64,000 nt of DNA, from contig CAVXXJ010000007.1 in assembly GCA_963765705.1 (NCBI GenBank), positions 93,610 through 157,609 of the forward strand, in the 5' to 3' direction. This stretch comes from an uncultured Gaiellaceae bacterium. GTDB taxonomy: Bacteria > Actinomycetota > Thermoleophilia > Gaiellales > Gaiellaceae. Below the pieces are notes generated by a model. The model was not told the DNA's origin. It made no database searches and was given only the letters and a program-made list of their open reading frames with translations. Of this stretch, positions 38,001-47,640 are shown one piece after another; position 1 is the first letter of the stretch, and each line of letters starts with the position of its first letter. A program made the position numbers and the translations under genes.

Positions 38001-38740
38001 CGGCCGGGATCAGGGTCTTCGCGCTCGAGGGCATCCCGGAGGTCGAGGAGGGCGACGATCTCGTGGCGCTCCTGGCGGAAGCCGCCGACCGCGCAGGCGG
38101 CTTCGAGGATGCGGACGTGCTCGTCGTCGCGCAGAAGATCGTCTCGAAGTCCGAGGGCCGGGTGGTCGACCTCGAGGGGATCGAGCCGTCCGAGCGTGCG
38201 CGCGAGCTCGCGGGCGATCGCGATCCGCGCCACGTCGAGGCGATCCTGAGCGAGACCACGCGCGTGCTCCGGTCGCGGCCGCCACTCGTGATCTCCGAGA
38301 CCCGGCACGGCTTCGTCTGCGCCTCGGCCGGCGTCGATGCGTCGAACGCGAAGGGAGAGGGGACGCTCGTGCTCCTGCCCGTCGATCCGGACGCATCGGC
38401 TGCCCGGATCCGGCAGGGACTGCGAACGCGGACCGGTCGTGAGGTCGGTGTCATCGTCGCCGACTCGTTCGGGCGCCCCTTCCGCCAGGGAACGACCGAC
38501 GTCGCGCTCGGGGTCGCCGGCATCACGCCCGTGCTCGACCTCACCGGTCAGCGCGACCGCGCCGGCTACGAGCTGCAGGGAACCGAGATCGCGGTCGCGG
38601 ACGAGCTCGCGGGCGCGGCACAGCTCGTGATGGGCAAGACCGATGGGAACCCGGCGGCGATCGTGCGCGGGGTCGACCTCCGCGGCGAGGGAACCGGCCG
38701 CGACCTCTTGATCCCGCCCGAGCGGGATCTCTTCCGCTAG
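37997..38740 (+). CDS. cofE: coenzyme F420-0:L-glutamate ligase (stand-alone CofE)
   Basis: GDDLVALL..VVAQKIVSKSEGR..ETRHGFVCASAGVDASN..VIVADSFGRPFRQGTTDVALG..VADELAGAAQLVMGK. Confidence 0.85.
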   Translation: MTAGIRVFALEGIPEVEEGDDLVALLAEAADRAGGFEDADVLVVAQKIVSKSEGRVVDLEGIEPSERARELAGDRDPRHVEAILSETTRVLRSRPPLVISETRHGFVCASAGVDASNAKGEGTLVLLPVDPDASAARIRQGLRTRTGREVGVIVADSFGRPFRQGTTDVALGVAGITPVLDLTGQRDRAGYELQGTEIAVADELAGAAQLVMGKTDGNPAAIVRGVDLRGEGTGRDLLIPPERDLFR

Positions 38741-39750
38741 AGGGCCTCGTCCACGAGCGCGGCGAGCCGCTGCCCGATCAGGGGCGCGAACTTGAAGCCG
38801 TGGCCGCTGCACGGGGAGCCGACGACGATCCGGCCCCGGCGTTCGAGGAGGAACTCGTCGTTCGGCCTCCTCGTGTAGAGGCAGGTCTCGACGCGCAGCG
38901 CTGGGCCCGAGACACGGAAGCGGCGTTCGACCCACTCCACGGTCCGCGCCGCGATCTCCGCATCTGGCCCACCGGGCTCGTTCGGGTCGACCGTCGGTCC
39001 CGACTGGTGCAGGCCCGCCTTCATGCCGACTCCCGGCGCTGCGAGCGCGTAGCCGTGGGCGCTGCCGCCGTTCGGCTCGATCACCGACGGCACCGGCTCG
39101 TCCAGGGAGAAGTAGGACGTGGTCTCGCGCGTCGGGGTCGCGTCGACGCCCACGAGCGCCGGCGCCCAGGCGCCGGCGGTGACCACCGCGACTCGTGCGC
39201 GCAGGTCGCCGGCGACGACGCCGTCATCGTCCTCCTCGACCGACTCGACGCGCGTGTGCTCGCGGACCTGCACGCCGGCCGCGACAGCCGATGCGAGCAG
39301 CGCCTGCTGCGCGACGTCGGCGAGGACGAAGCCTCCGTCGGCCTGGAAGAGGCCACTGCCGCCCGGCTCGACGCGAATCGGGAAGCGGCGCTCGATCTCG
39401 GCAGCGTCGAGCACCTCGAACGGCGCACCGCACGCCGCCAGCGCGTCGCGGTTCGGCCTCCAGTCGCCGAGGTCGAGCGTCCCCGGTTGCTCCAGCAACG
39501 CCCGGCCGCACTCGGCCTCGAGCTCGCGCCAGAGCGGGTACGACTCCTGCGCCAGCCTCACCCAGCGCTCGTCGGGGTACGAGAGCCGGACGATTCGCGA
39601 GCCGCCGTGGCTCGAGCCGCGCGTGTGACCCACCTCGAACTGCTCGCAGAGCACGACGTGCCGCCCTGCCTGGGCGAGCGCGCGCGCCGTTGCGAGACCC
39701 ATGACGCCGGCGCCGACGATCACGACCTCTGCGTCGGGCGGCGAGCTCAC
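38737..39750 (-). CDS. FAD-dependent oxidoreductase (sarcosine/N-methyltryptophan oxidase-like, DAO family)
   Basis: VVIVGAGVMGLATARALAQAG dinucleotide motif, and the C-terminal GSPCSGHGFKFAPLIG typical of MSOX/SolA-like enzymes. Confidence 0.8.
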   Translation of the reverse strand: MSSPPDAEVVIVGAGVMGLATARALAQAGRHVVLCEQFEVGHTRGSSHGGSRIVRLSYPDERWVRLAQESYPLWRELEAECGRALLEQPGTLDLGDWRPNRDALAACGAPFEVLDAAEIERRFPIRVEPGGSGLFQADGGFVLADVAQQALLASAVAAGVQVREHTRVESVEEDDDGVVAGDLRARVAVVTAGAWAPALVGVDATPTRETTSYFSLDEPVPSVIEPNGGSAHGYALAAPGVGMKAGLHQSGPTVDPNEPGGPDAEIAARTVEWVERRFRVSGPALRVETCLYTRRPNDEFLLERRGRIVVGSPCSGHGFKFAPLIGQRLAALVDEAL

Positions 39751-39778
39751 GTGTCGGAGCCTAGCTCCGCAGAGCGTC

Positions 39779-40006
39779 TTACCCGGTGCCGAGCAAGTGG
39801 AACAGCTGCGTCGGCGAGAGCCGGCGCGATTCGTCGCCTTCGACGAGGTCGATCCGGAGACCGCGTGTGTGCTCGTCCATGCCCAGCGTCAGCTGTGCCG
39901 CGCGGGCGAGGAGCCCGTCGAGGGCGCTGGCGGCGGCGTCTAGCTCTGCAAGCGCTTCGGCGGGCGGAGACTCGGGGATCGAGTACGGGGTGGAGTAGTT
40001 CATCAT
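39779..40006 (-). CDS. hypothetical small protein (75 aa)
   Basis: ATG-initiated ORF with GC3-rich codons in an otherwise empty gap. No family recognised. Confidence 0.4.
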   Translation of the reverse strand: MMNYSTPYSIPESPPAEALAELDAAASALDGLLARAAQLTLGMDEHTRGLRIDLVEGDESRRLSPTQLFHLLGTG

Positions 40007-40081
40007 CGTCTGGGTGATCGGCTAGAGGCGCTCGGGCTTGAGGGGTCAATTTTGCGGGTATAGAGCCGATGTCGTGAAAAG

Positions 40082-43000
40082 GTGACCCCTTCGTCAGCAG
40101 CTGCGGGCTCGTTTCTCGAGCCGACCGCGGACCGGTTCAAGGAGCTTCTCGACACGATCGAGGCGATCGTGTCCGAGTACGACCTTCGCACGGGGCAGTT
40201 CACCTACATCAGCGAGTACGCCGAGCGAATCCTCGGCTATCCACCCGAAGCGATCGAGAACGACGGCTGGCGGGCGTACGTCGACGAGCGCGATGAGAAG
40301 ATGATCTCGGACACGGTCGAGCGGGCGCTCGCGAACGGGGAGGACTACTCCTACGAGCACCGGATGCGCGCAGCCGACGGGCGTCAGGTCTGGCTGCACG
40401 TCAGCGCCTCGGTCGTGCCCGACGACACCGGCGAGCCCGCCTTCATCCGGACCGTCGCGCTCGACATCACCGCTCAGAAGGACGCCGAAGCCGAACGGGA
40501 GCGCTCGCACTCACTGCTGCAGGCGACGCTCGACGCAAGCGCCGACGCGATCTTCGTCGCCGACCTGGCGGGTAACCCCACCGCCAGCAACCGCGCCTGG
40601 TTGCAGCTCTGGCAGCTTCCGCAGGCCTTGATCGACTTCGTCGACCACAAGGCTGTCCTCGACCACGTCGCCTCCCTCATGGCCGACCCGAACGAGTTCC
40701 GCCGCCGCGAGGCGGAGATCACCGGCCAGGACCGGGCGATTGCCACCCACGATGTGCTCGAACTGGTCGACGGCCGGACGATCGAGAGCCACACGATGCC
40801 GCAGCTGCTTGATGGCGAGATCGTCGGCCGCGTCTGGACATTCCGAGACGTCACGGCCCTGAAGCAAGCCGAGGTCGAGCAGGAACGCTCGCACTCCTTG
40901 CTCCGGGCGACGCTCGATGGGACGACCGACGCGATCCTGGTCGTCAACCTGGAAGGCCACATCAACGCGTACAACCGCCCGTTCGCGGAGCTCTGGCCGA
41001 TTCCGCAGTCCGTGCTCGACACGGGCGACGACGCGGCAGCCCTCGGCAGCGTGCTCAGCCGTCTCGCCGACCCGGACGAGTTCGTCAGGCGCGTGACCGA
41101 GATCTACCAGGACCCGGAGTGCGTCACGCACGACGTCTTCCAGCTCGCCGACGGTAGGACGATCGAGCGCGACTCCGGGCCGCAACGGCTCGGCGACGCG
41201 ATCGTCGGCCGCGTCTGGTCGTTCCGCGACATCACCGAGAAGCTGGCCGCGCAACGCGCGCTGAGCGACTCGGACCAGCGCCACCGCGAGGCGCTCGAGA
41301 GCCTGCCCCTGATCGCGGCCGCCATCGACGCGCAGGGAGTCACGACCTTCGCCAACGACGCGCTGCTCAAGCTCACCGGCTGGAGCCGCGAGGAGGTTCT
41401 CGGCAAGGACTGGTTCGATCGCTTCGACGACAATCCCTACGTCCGCGCCGACTACTTCGAGCGTCTCGAAGCCGGGGAGATCAGGCCGCACTTCGAGAGC
41501 ATCATCCGAACTCGCTCCGGCGAGCGCCGCGACATCCACTGGAGCAGCACGATGCAGCACGACGAGTTGGGCGCGGTCGCCGGGATCGTCACGATCGGCG
41601 AGGACGTGACGGAGCGGAACCGGGCCGATGCCCTGCTGCGCAGCCGCGAACAGCTGTTCCGGTCGCTGATCGAGCACGCCTCGGAAGTGATCACGATTCT
41701 CTCCGCCGACGGCACGAGCCTCTTCGAGAGCCCTTCGGTGGAGCGTGTGCTCGGCCGCAAGCCGGAGGAGCTCGTCGGCCTCCCGAGCTTCGCGCTGCTG
41801 CACGAGGAGGATGTCGCGCTCGTCGAGATGACGTTCGCCTCGATCCTCGCCGGTGAAGAGACGGAATCGGTCGAGTTCAGGCTTCGCCACCGGGACGGCT
41901 CCTGGCGCACCGTCGAGGCGATCGGCCACCGGCGTCGCCAGGACGGCGCGTGGGTCGTCGTCGTCAACTACCGGGACGTCACCGACGAGCGCCAGCTGCA
42001 GGAGCAGCTGCTGCACTCGCAGAAGCTCGAGGCAGTCGGACGGCTCGCGGGCGGGATCGCGCACGACTTCAACAACCTGCTGACCGCGATCGGCGGCTAC
42101 AGCCACTTCCTCGCAGCCGGCTTCGAGGACGACGACCCGCGCCGCGAGGACGCGCTCGAGATCGTGCGCGCGTCGGATCGCGCGGCCGCCCTCACGGGCC
42201 AGCTGCTTGCGTTCAGCCGCCGTCAGGTGCTCCTGGCCGAAGTGCTCGATCTGGGCGAGGTCGTGGGCGGGCTCGAGAGCCTGCTCTCGCGGCTCCTCGG
42301 CGAGGGCGTCGAGCTGTCGACCGCCGTCGAGCCGGGCTGCCACGTGCGCGCCGACCGGGGACAGCTCGAGCAGGTGATCACGAACCTCGCACTCAACGCC
42401 CGCGACGCGATGCCGTGCGGCGGCTCGGTCGAGCTCGCTGTGCGGTGCATGGGCGGCGACGTGGAGCTGACAGTCGCCGACAGTGGCATCGGCATGGATG
42501 CGGAGACGATCGCGCACGCCTTCGAGCCGTTCTTCACCACCAAGGGTCCCGGGAAGGGCACGGGGCTCGGCCTCGCGACCGTCTACGGGATCGTCACGCA
42601 GACAGGCGGCGAGATCTCGATCGCCTCCGAGCCCGGCGAAGGGTCGACCTTCCGGGTCGTCCTGCCGCTGTCGGCCGACCCCACGGCCGAGCCGGTCGTC
42701 CGTGAGGACCGCGCCGCCGAGCCGACCGGCACGGAAGGCGTGCTGGTGGCCGAGGACGAGGAGACGATCCGCCGGCTCGTCGGCGAGGTGCTGGCGCGCA
42801 GCGGCTACCAGGTCTTCGCTGCGTCGAACGGCGACGAGGCGCTCCGCCTGCTCGAGGAGCACAGCGCCGAGATCGACGTGCTGCTCACCGACGTGATCAT
42901 GCCCGGGATGAGCGGGCCCGACCTCGCCCGCGCGGCGTCGAGGATCAAGCCGTCGCTCCGAGTGCTCTTCACGTCCGGCTACACGAGCGAGCCGGACGAG

Positions 43001-43093
43001 GCATTCGACGATCCCGACGTCGAGTTCATCGGCAAGCCCTTCTCGCCCAAGGCGCTCGTCGCCAAGGTGCGCGACGTGCTCGACGCGGGCTAG
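40082..43093 (+). CDS. hybrid sensor histidine kinase: five PAS domains, HisKA, HATPase_c, C-terminal receiver
   Basis: Repeated PAS blocks. H-box [16 protein letters not shown] boxes [23 protein letters not shown], and receiver [27 protein letters not shown]. The exact start is uncertain. Confidence 0.85.
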   Translation: MTPSSAAAGSFLEPTADRFKELLDTIEAIVSEYDLRTGQFTYISEYAERILGYPPEAIENDGWRAYVDERDEKMISDTVERALANGEDYSYEHRMRAADGRQVWLHVSASVVPDDTGEPAFIRTVALDITAQKDAEAERERSHSLLQATLDASADAIFVADLAGNPTASNRAWLQLWQLPQALIDFVDHKAVLDHVASLMADPNEFRRREAEITGQDRAIATHDVLELVDGRTIESHTMPQLLDGEIVGRVWTFRDVTALKQAEVEQERSHSLLRATLDGTTDAILVVNLEGHINAYNRPFAELWPIPQSVLDTGDDAAALGSVLSRLADPDEFVRRVTEIYQDPECVTHDVFQLADGRTIERDSGPQRLGDAIVGRVWSFRDITEKLAAQRALSDSDQRHREALESLPLIAAAIDAQGVTTFANDALLKLTGWSREEVLGKDWFDRFDDNPYVRADYFERLEAGEIRPHFESIIRTRSGERRDIHWSSTMQHDELGAVAGIVTIGEDVTERNRADALLRSREQLFRSLIEHASEVITILSADGTSLFESPSVERVLGRKPEELVGLPSFALLHEEDVALVEMTFASILAGEETESVEFRLRHRDGSWRTVEAIGHRRRQDGAWVVVVNYRDVTDERQLQEQLLHSQKLEAVGRLAGGIAHDFNNLLTAIGGYSHFLAAGFEDDDPRREDALEIVRASDRAAALTGQLLAFSRRQVLLAEVLDLGEVVGGLESLLSRLLGEGVELSTAVEPGCHVRADRGQLEQVITNLALNARDAMPCGGSVELAVRCMGGDVELTVADSGIGMDAETIAHAFEPFFTTKGPGKGTGLGLATVYGIVTQTGGEISIASEPGEGSTFRVVLPLSADPTAEPVVREDRAAEPTGTEGVLVAEDEETIRRLVGEVLARSGYQVFAASNGDEALRLLEEHSAEIDVLLTDVIMPGMSGPDLARAASRIKPSLRVLFTSGYTSEPDEAFDDPDVEFIGKPFSPKALVAKVRDVLDAG

Positions 43094-44265
43094 CTGCGCG
43101 AGGTCAGGGTCGCCATGGCGCGCGCGAGCGTCTGCTCGGCGTTGCCGGTGGCGGCGGAGCGCCTGATCGCGAGTACGTCGTCGAAGGCGCCGAAGAAGAG
43201 ATCGAGCAGATCGGCATCGAACTGGGTGCCGCGCCCCTGCGCCATCATCTCGCGGGCCTCGTCGATCTGGAAGGCGGGGCGGTAGACGCGGTCGGAGGTG
43301 AGAGCGTCGAAGACGTCGGCGACGGCACAGATCCGGCCCTCGATCGGGATTGCGTCGCCCTTGAGGCCTGCGGGGTAGCCGGTCCCGTCGATCCGCTCGT
43401 GGTGGGTGAGCGCCATCAGCGCGGCGAGGTCGAGCAGGTCGACATCGGAGCCGGCGAGGATGCGGTGGCCCATCTCGGTGTGCGCCTCCATCACCTGGCG
43501 CTCGTCGGCGGTGAGCCGCCCCGGCTTGAGCATGATGCGATCGGGGATGCCGATCTTGCCCACGTCGTGCATCGGGCTTGCGATCCGGATGTCCTCCGCC
43601 CGCTCGGCGTCGAGCCCGGCGAGCCTGGCGAGCAGGGCGCAGTAGAGACTCATGCGGACGATGTGCTCGCCCGTCTCCTGGTTGCGGAACTCGGCGGCCC
43701 ACGAGAGGCGGCGGATCGTCTCCTCGCGGAGGCGGCGCAGCTCGAGGTCGGACGTCTCCAGCTGGGCGATCGTGTCGCGGAGCGCCGACGTGCGCTCGAG
43801 CACGGTCTGCTCGAGCTGCTCGCGGTGGCCGCGGTTCTCGATCTCGAGCTGTCGGCGGCGCAGCGCGTTGCCGACGTTGATGATCAGCTCGTTCGGCTTG
43901 AAGGGCTTGAGGATGTAGCCGTAGGCGCCGAGGTCGATCGCGACCTGGGCGAAGCGCCGGTCGTCCATGCCGGTGACCATGACGACGGCCGTGTCTGGGT
44001 ACTGCGCGAGCACCTCGCTCGTGAAGTCGATTCCCGACTCGCCCGGCATGTTCACGTCGCTGAGGACGAGCGCGATCGGGGCTTCCTTGAGCGCTCGACG
44101 GCCGGCGGCGGCGCTCTCGGCGGTGACGCAGTCGTAGCCTTGCGCGCCGAGCAGGCGGGCGAGCAAGGTCCGGATCTGATCCTCGTCGTCGACGATCAGG
44201 ATCCGGTCGCTGGGGGACGGAACGTTCACTCCTAGGTGTATCGGCAAGACCGCGCTGCCAATCAA
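43090..44265 (-). CDS. response regulator with an HD-GYP output domain (c-di-GMP phosphodiesterase type)
   Basis: RILIVDDEDQIR..VLSDVNMPGESG..KPF receiver, then HDVGKIGIPDRIMLKPGRLT..HHERIDGTGYPAGL. TTG 44265 overlaps the upstream TGA. GTG 44229 is an alternative start. Confidence 0.85.
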   Translation of the reverse strand: MIGSAVLPIHLGVNVPSPSDRILIVDDEDQIRTLLARLLGAQGYDCVTAESAAAGRRALKEAPIALVLSDVNMPGESGIDFTSEVLAQYPDTAVVMVTGMDDRRFAQVAIDLGAYGYILKPFKPNELIINVGNALRRRQLEIENRGHREQLEQTVLERTSALRDTIAQLETSDLELRRLREETIRRLSWAAEFRNQETGEHIVRMSLYCALLARLAGLDAERAEDIRIASPMHDVGKIGIPDRIMLKPGRLTADERQVMEAHTEMGHRILAGSDVDLLDLAALMALTHHERIDGTGYPAGLKGDAIPIEGRICAVADVFDALTSDRVYRPAFQIDEAREMMAQGRGTQFDADLLDLFFGAFDDVLAIRRSAATGNAEQTLARAMATLTSRS

Positions 44266-44618
44266 GCGTCGACGAGCTCGATCCTGTTCCCCCAAGGGTC
44301 GGCGACATAGCAGCGCCGGAGACCGAAAATTGCGTCGTCTTCTGTCAAGTGTACGTTCGCCGCGCGCAAACGGTTTTGCAGCTCCTCGTAGTCCGAGACC
44401 GCGAACGCGGGATGCGCCTTCCGTGCGGGAGCGAACTCGGGCTCGACGCCGACGTGGAGCTGCTGCGCGCCGACCCGGAACCAGACCCCGCCCCGGCTCC
44501 TCAGCGGCTCCGGCTTCTCTATTTCTTCGAGCCCGAGCAGCTCGCCGAAGAAACGGCGCGCGGCGTCCTCGCAGCCGGCGGGAGCAGCGAGCTGGACGTG
44601 GTCGATGCCCTCGATCAC
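44262..44618 (-). CDS. VOC-family (glyoxalase/bleomycin-resistance fold) protein
   Basis: IDHVQLAAPAGCEDAARRFFGELLGL..HPAFAVSDYEELQNRL..YVADPWGNRIEL. GTG 44618 gives a typical 118-aa protein. Confidence 0.75.
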   Translation of the reverse strand: MIEGIDHVQLAAPAGCEDAARRFFGELLGLEEIEKPEPLRSRGGVWFRVGAQQLHVGVEPEFAPARKAHPAFAVSDYEELQNRLRAANVHLTEDDAIFGLRRCYVADPWGNRIELVDA

Positions 44619-44640
44619 GCCGGTGAGGCTAGCGACAGCG

Positions 44641-44663
44641 GGGTTACGCCCCGGGTTACGCCC
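44641..44663. repeat. direct repeat GGGTTACGCCC x2 with a 12-nt period, in the divergent VOC/LuxR intergenic region
   Basis: GGGTTACGCCC at 44641-44651 and again at 44653-44663, identical copies. Confidence 0.6.
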
Positions 44664-44695
44664 GACGGTGAATGGTAGGGCGAAGGGGCGCGTCG

Positions 44696-44701
44696 TACTC
44701 T
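44696..44701 (+). promoter_or_regulatory. -10-like hexamer TACTCT placed 6 nt before ATG 44708 (leaderless-type)
   Basis: cgTACTCTggggccATG read directly. Confidence 0.4.
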
Positions 44702-44707
44702 GGGGCC

Positions 44708-44968
44708 ATGGTGAACGCATCAGTCGAGAGGGTTCCGTCGATTACCGATCGGCAGCGGGACGTGATCGTTCTCATCGCCGCCGGCTGCTCGAACGACGAG
44801 GTTTCCGAGCGGCTCGGCATCTCTCCCCGGACGGTCAAGGCGCATTGCGACGTGCTGCGCCAGAAGCTCGGCGTCCGTCGCCGGCGTCAGCTCCCGATCG
44901 CCTATCGGACCCTGACGGGTGAAGACCCTCTCGCACAAGGCCTCGATCCTCCTGGGTCGAGGGACTGA
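44708..44968 (+). CDS. small LuxR/GerE-family HTH transcriptional regulator
   Basis: ITDRQRDVIVLIAAGCSNDEVSERLGISPRTVKAHCDVLRQKLGV. The ATG at 44708 has a TACTCT hexamer 6 nt upstream. Confidence 0.75.
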   Translation: MVNASVERVPSITDRQRDVIVLIAAGCSNDEVSERLGISPRTVKAHCDVLRQKLGVRRRRQLPIAYRTLTGEDPLAQGLDPPGSRD

Positions 44969-45069
44969 CGGCAGCGCTCCCGCGATCCGGTCGGGTCGCG
45001 GGAGCGCCTATTCATTCCGCGGGAACCAAGGTACGCTCAGGGCGGGCTTGCGGCACCCGCCGATGACAC

Positions 45070-47640
45070 ATGGGCGACGGCACCGCAACTCAGTCGCACG
45101 TCAGGCGCCGCCGGATCATCGAGCGGCCGCGGCTGACAACGCTCCTCGACCAAAGCCAGGGCCGGATCAAGATGCTCGTCGCACCCGCTGGCTACGGAAA
45201 GACGACGCTTGCCCGCCAGTGGCTCAAGGAGAAGACCCTCGCATGGTTTACGGGCACGTCAGCCTGCATCGATGTCGCCGCGTTGGCCGCAGGCCTCAGG
45301 CGGCGAGTCGCGCGGTTGTGCCTGGAGCGGGCGATGCATTGATCGAGCGAATCCGCGTGACCGCGCAGCCGGAGGACGAAGCGGAGCTGCTTGGCGGGCA
45401 TGCTCGCGGAAGATCTCGCGAATGGCCGCGCACAGCCTGGTTTGTGTTCGACGACTATCACACCATCGCCGGAACTCGAGCCAGCCGAGCGATTTGTTGA
45501 AGACGCTGCTAGTTGAGGCGCCTCTGAACGTGCTGTTGATTCGCGCAGACGGCCGAGTTGGGCGTCGTCACGCAGGATCCTGTACGGCGAAGTCTTGCGA
45601 GATGGGTCGCGGACTGCACTCGCGATGACCGTCGATGAGGCTCACGAGCTACTCGACGAGGGCCACGCGAACGTCGATGAGCTATGGGTCTCGCACAGGG
45701 ATGGCCGGCCGTTCTAGCGTCTCGCATCGATGTCGGGTGCGGCGCCTCCCTGATCTCATAGCCGCGCCGCACCTCTTCGGCTTTTTCGCCGACGAGATCT
45801 TCGCACGGATCGATCGACGTGTGCGGCATGTTCTCTGTGCGAACTCGCTCTCTACGACACTGAGGGGCGCAGGCTTGCATTGCAGGGGCTCCGTCCCGAA
45901 GCGGCCGAGCAGATCGTCAGCCATCGGTGTGGACAGCCGGAGTCTTGACTGAGATTCACGACGAGCGGCTCGAAATGCATCCGTTGCTCCGAGCGTTTCT
46001 GCTGCGCAAGCTTGAGGCAGAGAGCCCACGAGAGTCGAGTCAGAGTCGTTGGAACGCGCAGCGGCGAATCTCATTGGCCACGAGCTATGGGACGAGGCGT
46101 TCGAGTTGATTCAGCGCTTAGACCAGGAGCAGTCTGCTTCCAGATACTGATCGCAGCATCAATGGAGCGAATTGCTTGCGACGGGTCGAGGAGCGACCTT
46201 GCGCGCTTGGGTGGCGCATGCTCCCCAGAACGCGTCCAACGGTCCGTCTTGCCGACGGCCGAGCTCGCTTTCGTGAGGGTCGGCTACTCCGAGTCGGAGT
46301 CACTCGCGGCGCTGGCGGCTCGTGATCTCGGCGATCATCCCGATCATGCGCCGCACGAGCAAACTTTGTGGCAGGTCGGGCTGCTCATGTGGCGTCGCGC
46401 GAGCGAGGAGGCCAAGGCGTACTTCCAAACGAGCGCAGCGACGACCGCCCAGTCGCCGGAACTTGATCCGAGAGCGGAACTCGGAGAACTCCGGAGCCGC
46501 GATCGAATTGGAATCTGCGACGTCCGCGGCTGGTCTGCTAACTGTCTCGGGTCTCGTATCAGGCGCTTGACCCCGAGGACCAAGTGCTCACTGGCTGATC
46601 GGACAGATGGCGTTTGAGACTCGTTTTGGGCTACCTGTGGATCTTGCGTCGGGCCGGGCCGCCCGGCAACTACTGCGTTTTGTCGCGGATCCGGTGACCC
46701 GGTCATCATTTAGAAACGTGTTCGGATACGCGCTCGCAGTCAACGGCGCGACGTTTGACGAGGCAACTGCGAGTCATGGCGAGCAACTCGACGATGCAGA
46801 ACGATGCAGGCTCGAGTTCGTGGTGCCGTACACGCTGCGATCAAAGGGCGATTGTCGGTTGCGGAAGGCACGACTACGTAAGCGCGAGGAGTACCTCGAT
46901 GAGGCTGATGAGAGGGCGCTCAAGGCAGGAGACTCAGACCGCTTTGACTACAGGCGCATCGGCGATACGGATGCGGCTGTACATCGCCCAAGCCGCGTTC
47001 GAGCTTGCGATCAGCCGCGGGCCGCTCGACGCCAGAAGGTGCACGACGCGCTCCATTGCGTGCCGAGCTAACTGGCCTGTCAGGCGCTGGCGTTGGCCGG
47101 GATCGGTCGAGGCTCGACAAGCGCGCGTACACTCGCTAACGAGGCCCTGGAGACGTCGATTGGTGTTGAGGCGGGAACGACTCACATGCGGCTCAGGCGC
47201 TCGCCGTGCTGTGCGATCCGAGACGATGACCGAGACGCGGTCTGACGCATGCACGCGTTCCGCGCTCGACCGCTGCGGCTCACACGGGATGGTCGAGTGC
47301 TTCGTGTCGTGCGTATCGCGGGCTTCCCGGAGTTGATTGTCTGCTTACTTGAGGACAAAGCAAACCATCATGAGTTGGTTCGCATCCTCACGAAAGTCGG
47401 CGACGCGGAGCCACTCAATGCAGCGCGCGTACCGTTTCACAGCCCTCGATGATGAGCTTTGTCAGCCGCGAGAGAAGGAGGTCTTGTCGCTGCTCGCGCA
47501 GGGGATGTCGAATCCGGCGATCGGAAGCGTGCTCTTCATTAGCCCCGTCACCGTAAAGGTCCACGTGCGCCACATCTTCGAGAAGCTAGGCGTCAAGTCC
47601 CGAGCGGCAGCCGCACTGCGGGCGACGCAACTAATCGGCG
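45070..47640 (+). pseudogene. decayed LAL/MalT-like large LuxR-family regulator (AAA-type NTPase + TPR-like + C-terminal LuxR HTH); more than 10 frameshifts and in-frame stops
   Basis: Collinear fragments in changing frames: RPRLTTLLDQSQGRIKMLVAPAGYGKTTLARQWL; WFVFDDYHTIAG; APLNVLLI; RRILYGEVL..LAMTVDEAHELL; GWPAVLA; LFGFFADEIFARID; MHPLLRAFLLRKL; LWDEAFELIQRL; DPVTRSSFRNVFGYALAV..LEFVVPYTL; RMRLYIAQAAFELAI; [11 protein letters not shown]; [45 protein letters not shown]. Boundaries are approximate. Confidence 0.7.

Noticed and set aside
40021-40081. A TTGAGG-N15-TATAGA element as the promoter of the hybrid kinase.
   Set aside because: The spacer is too short and the -10 lacks the terminal T. 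It is not distinguishable from chance, so it is not reported as a feature.
40511-44308. A 1265-aa ORF on the minus strand (also 29588-31936 at 782 aa, 13209-15134 at 641 aa, and many others in the track).
   Set aside because: These are extremely Arg/Pro/Gly/Ala-rich with no motifs. They lie antisense or out of frame to genes with clear family signatures. Long spurious ORFs are expected at this GC content because stop codons are AT-rich.
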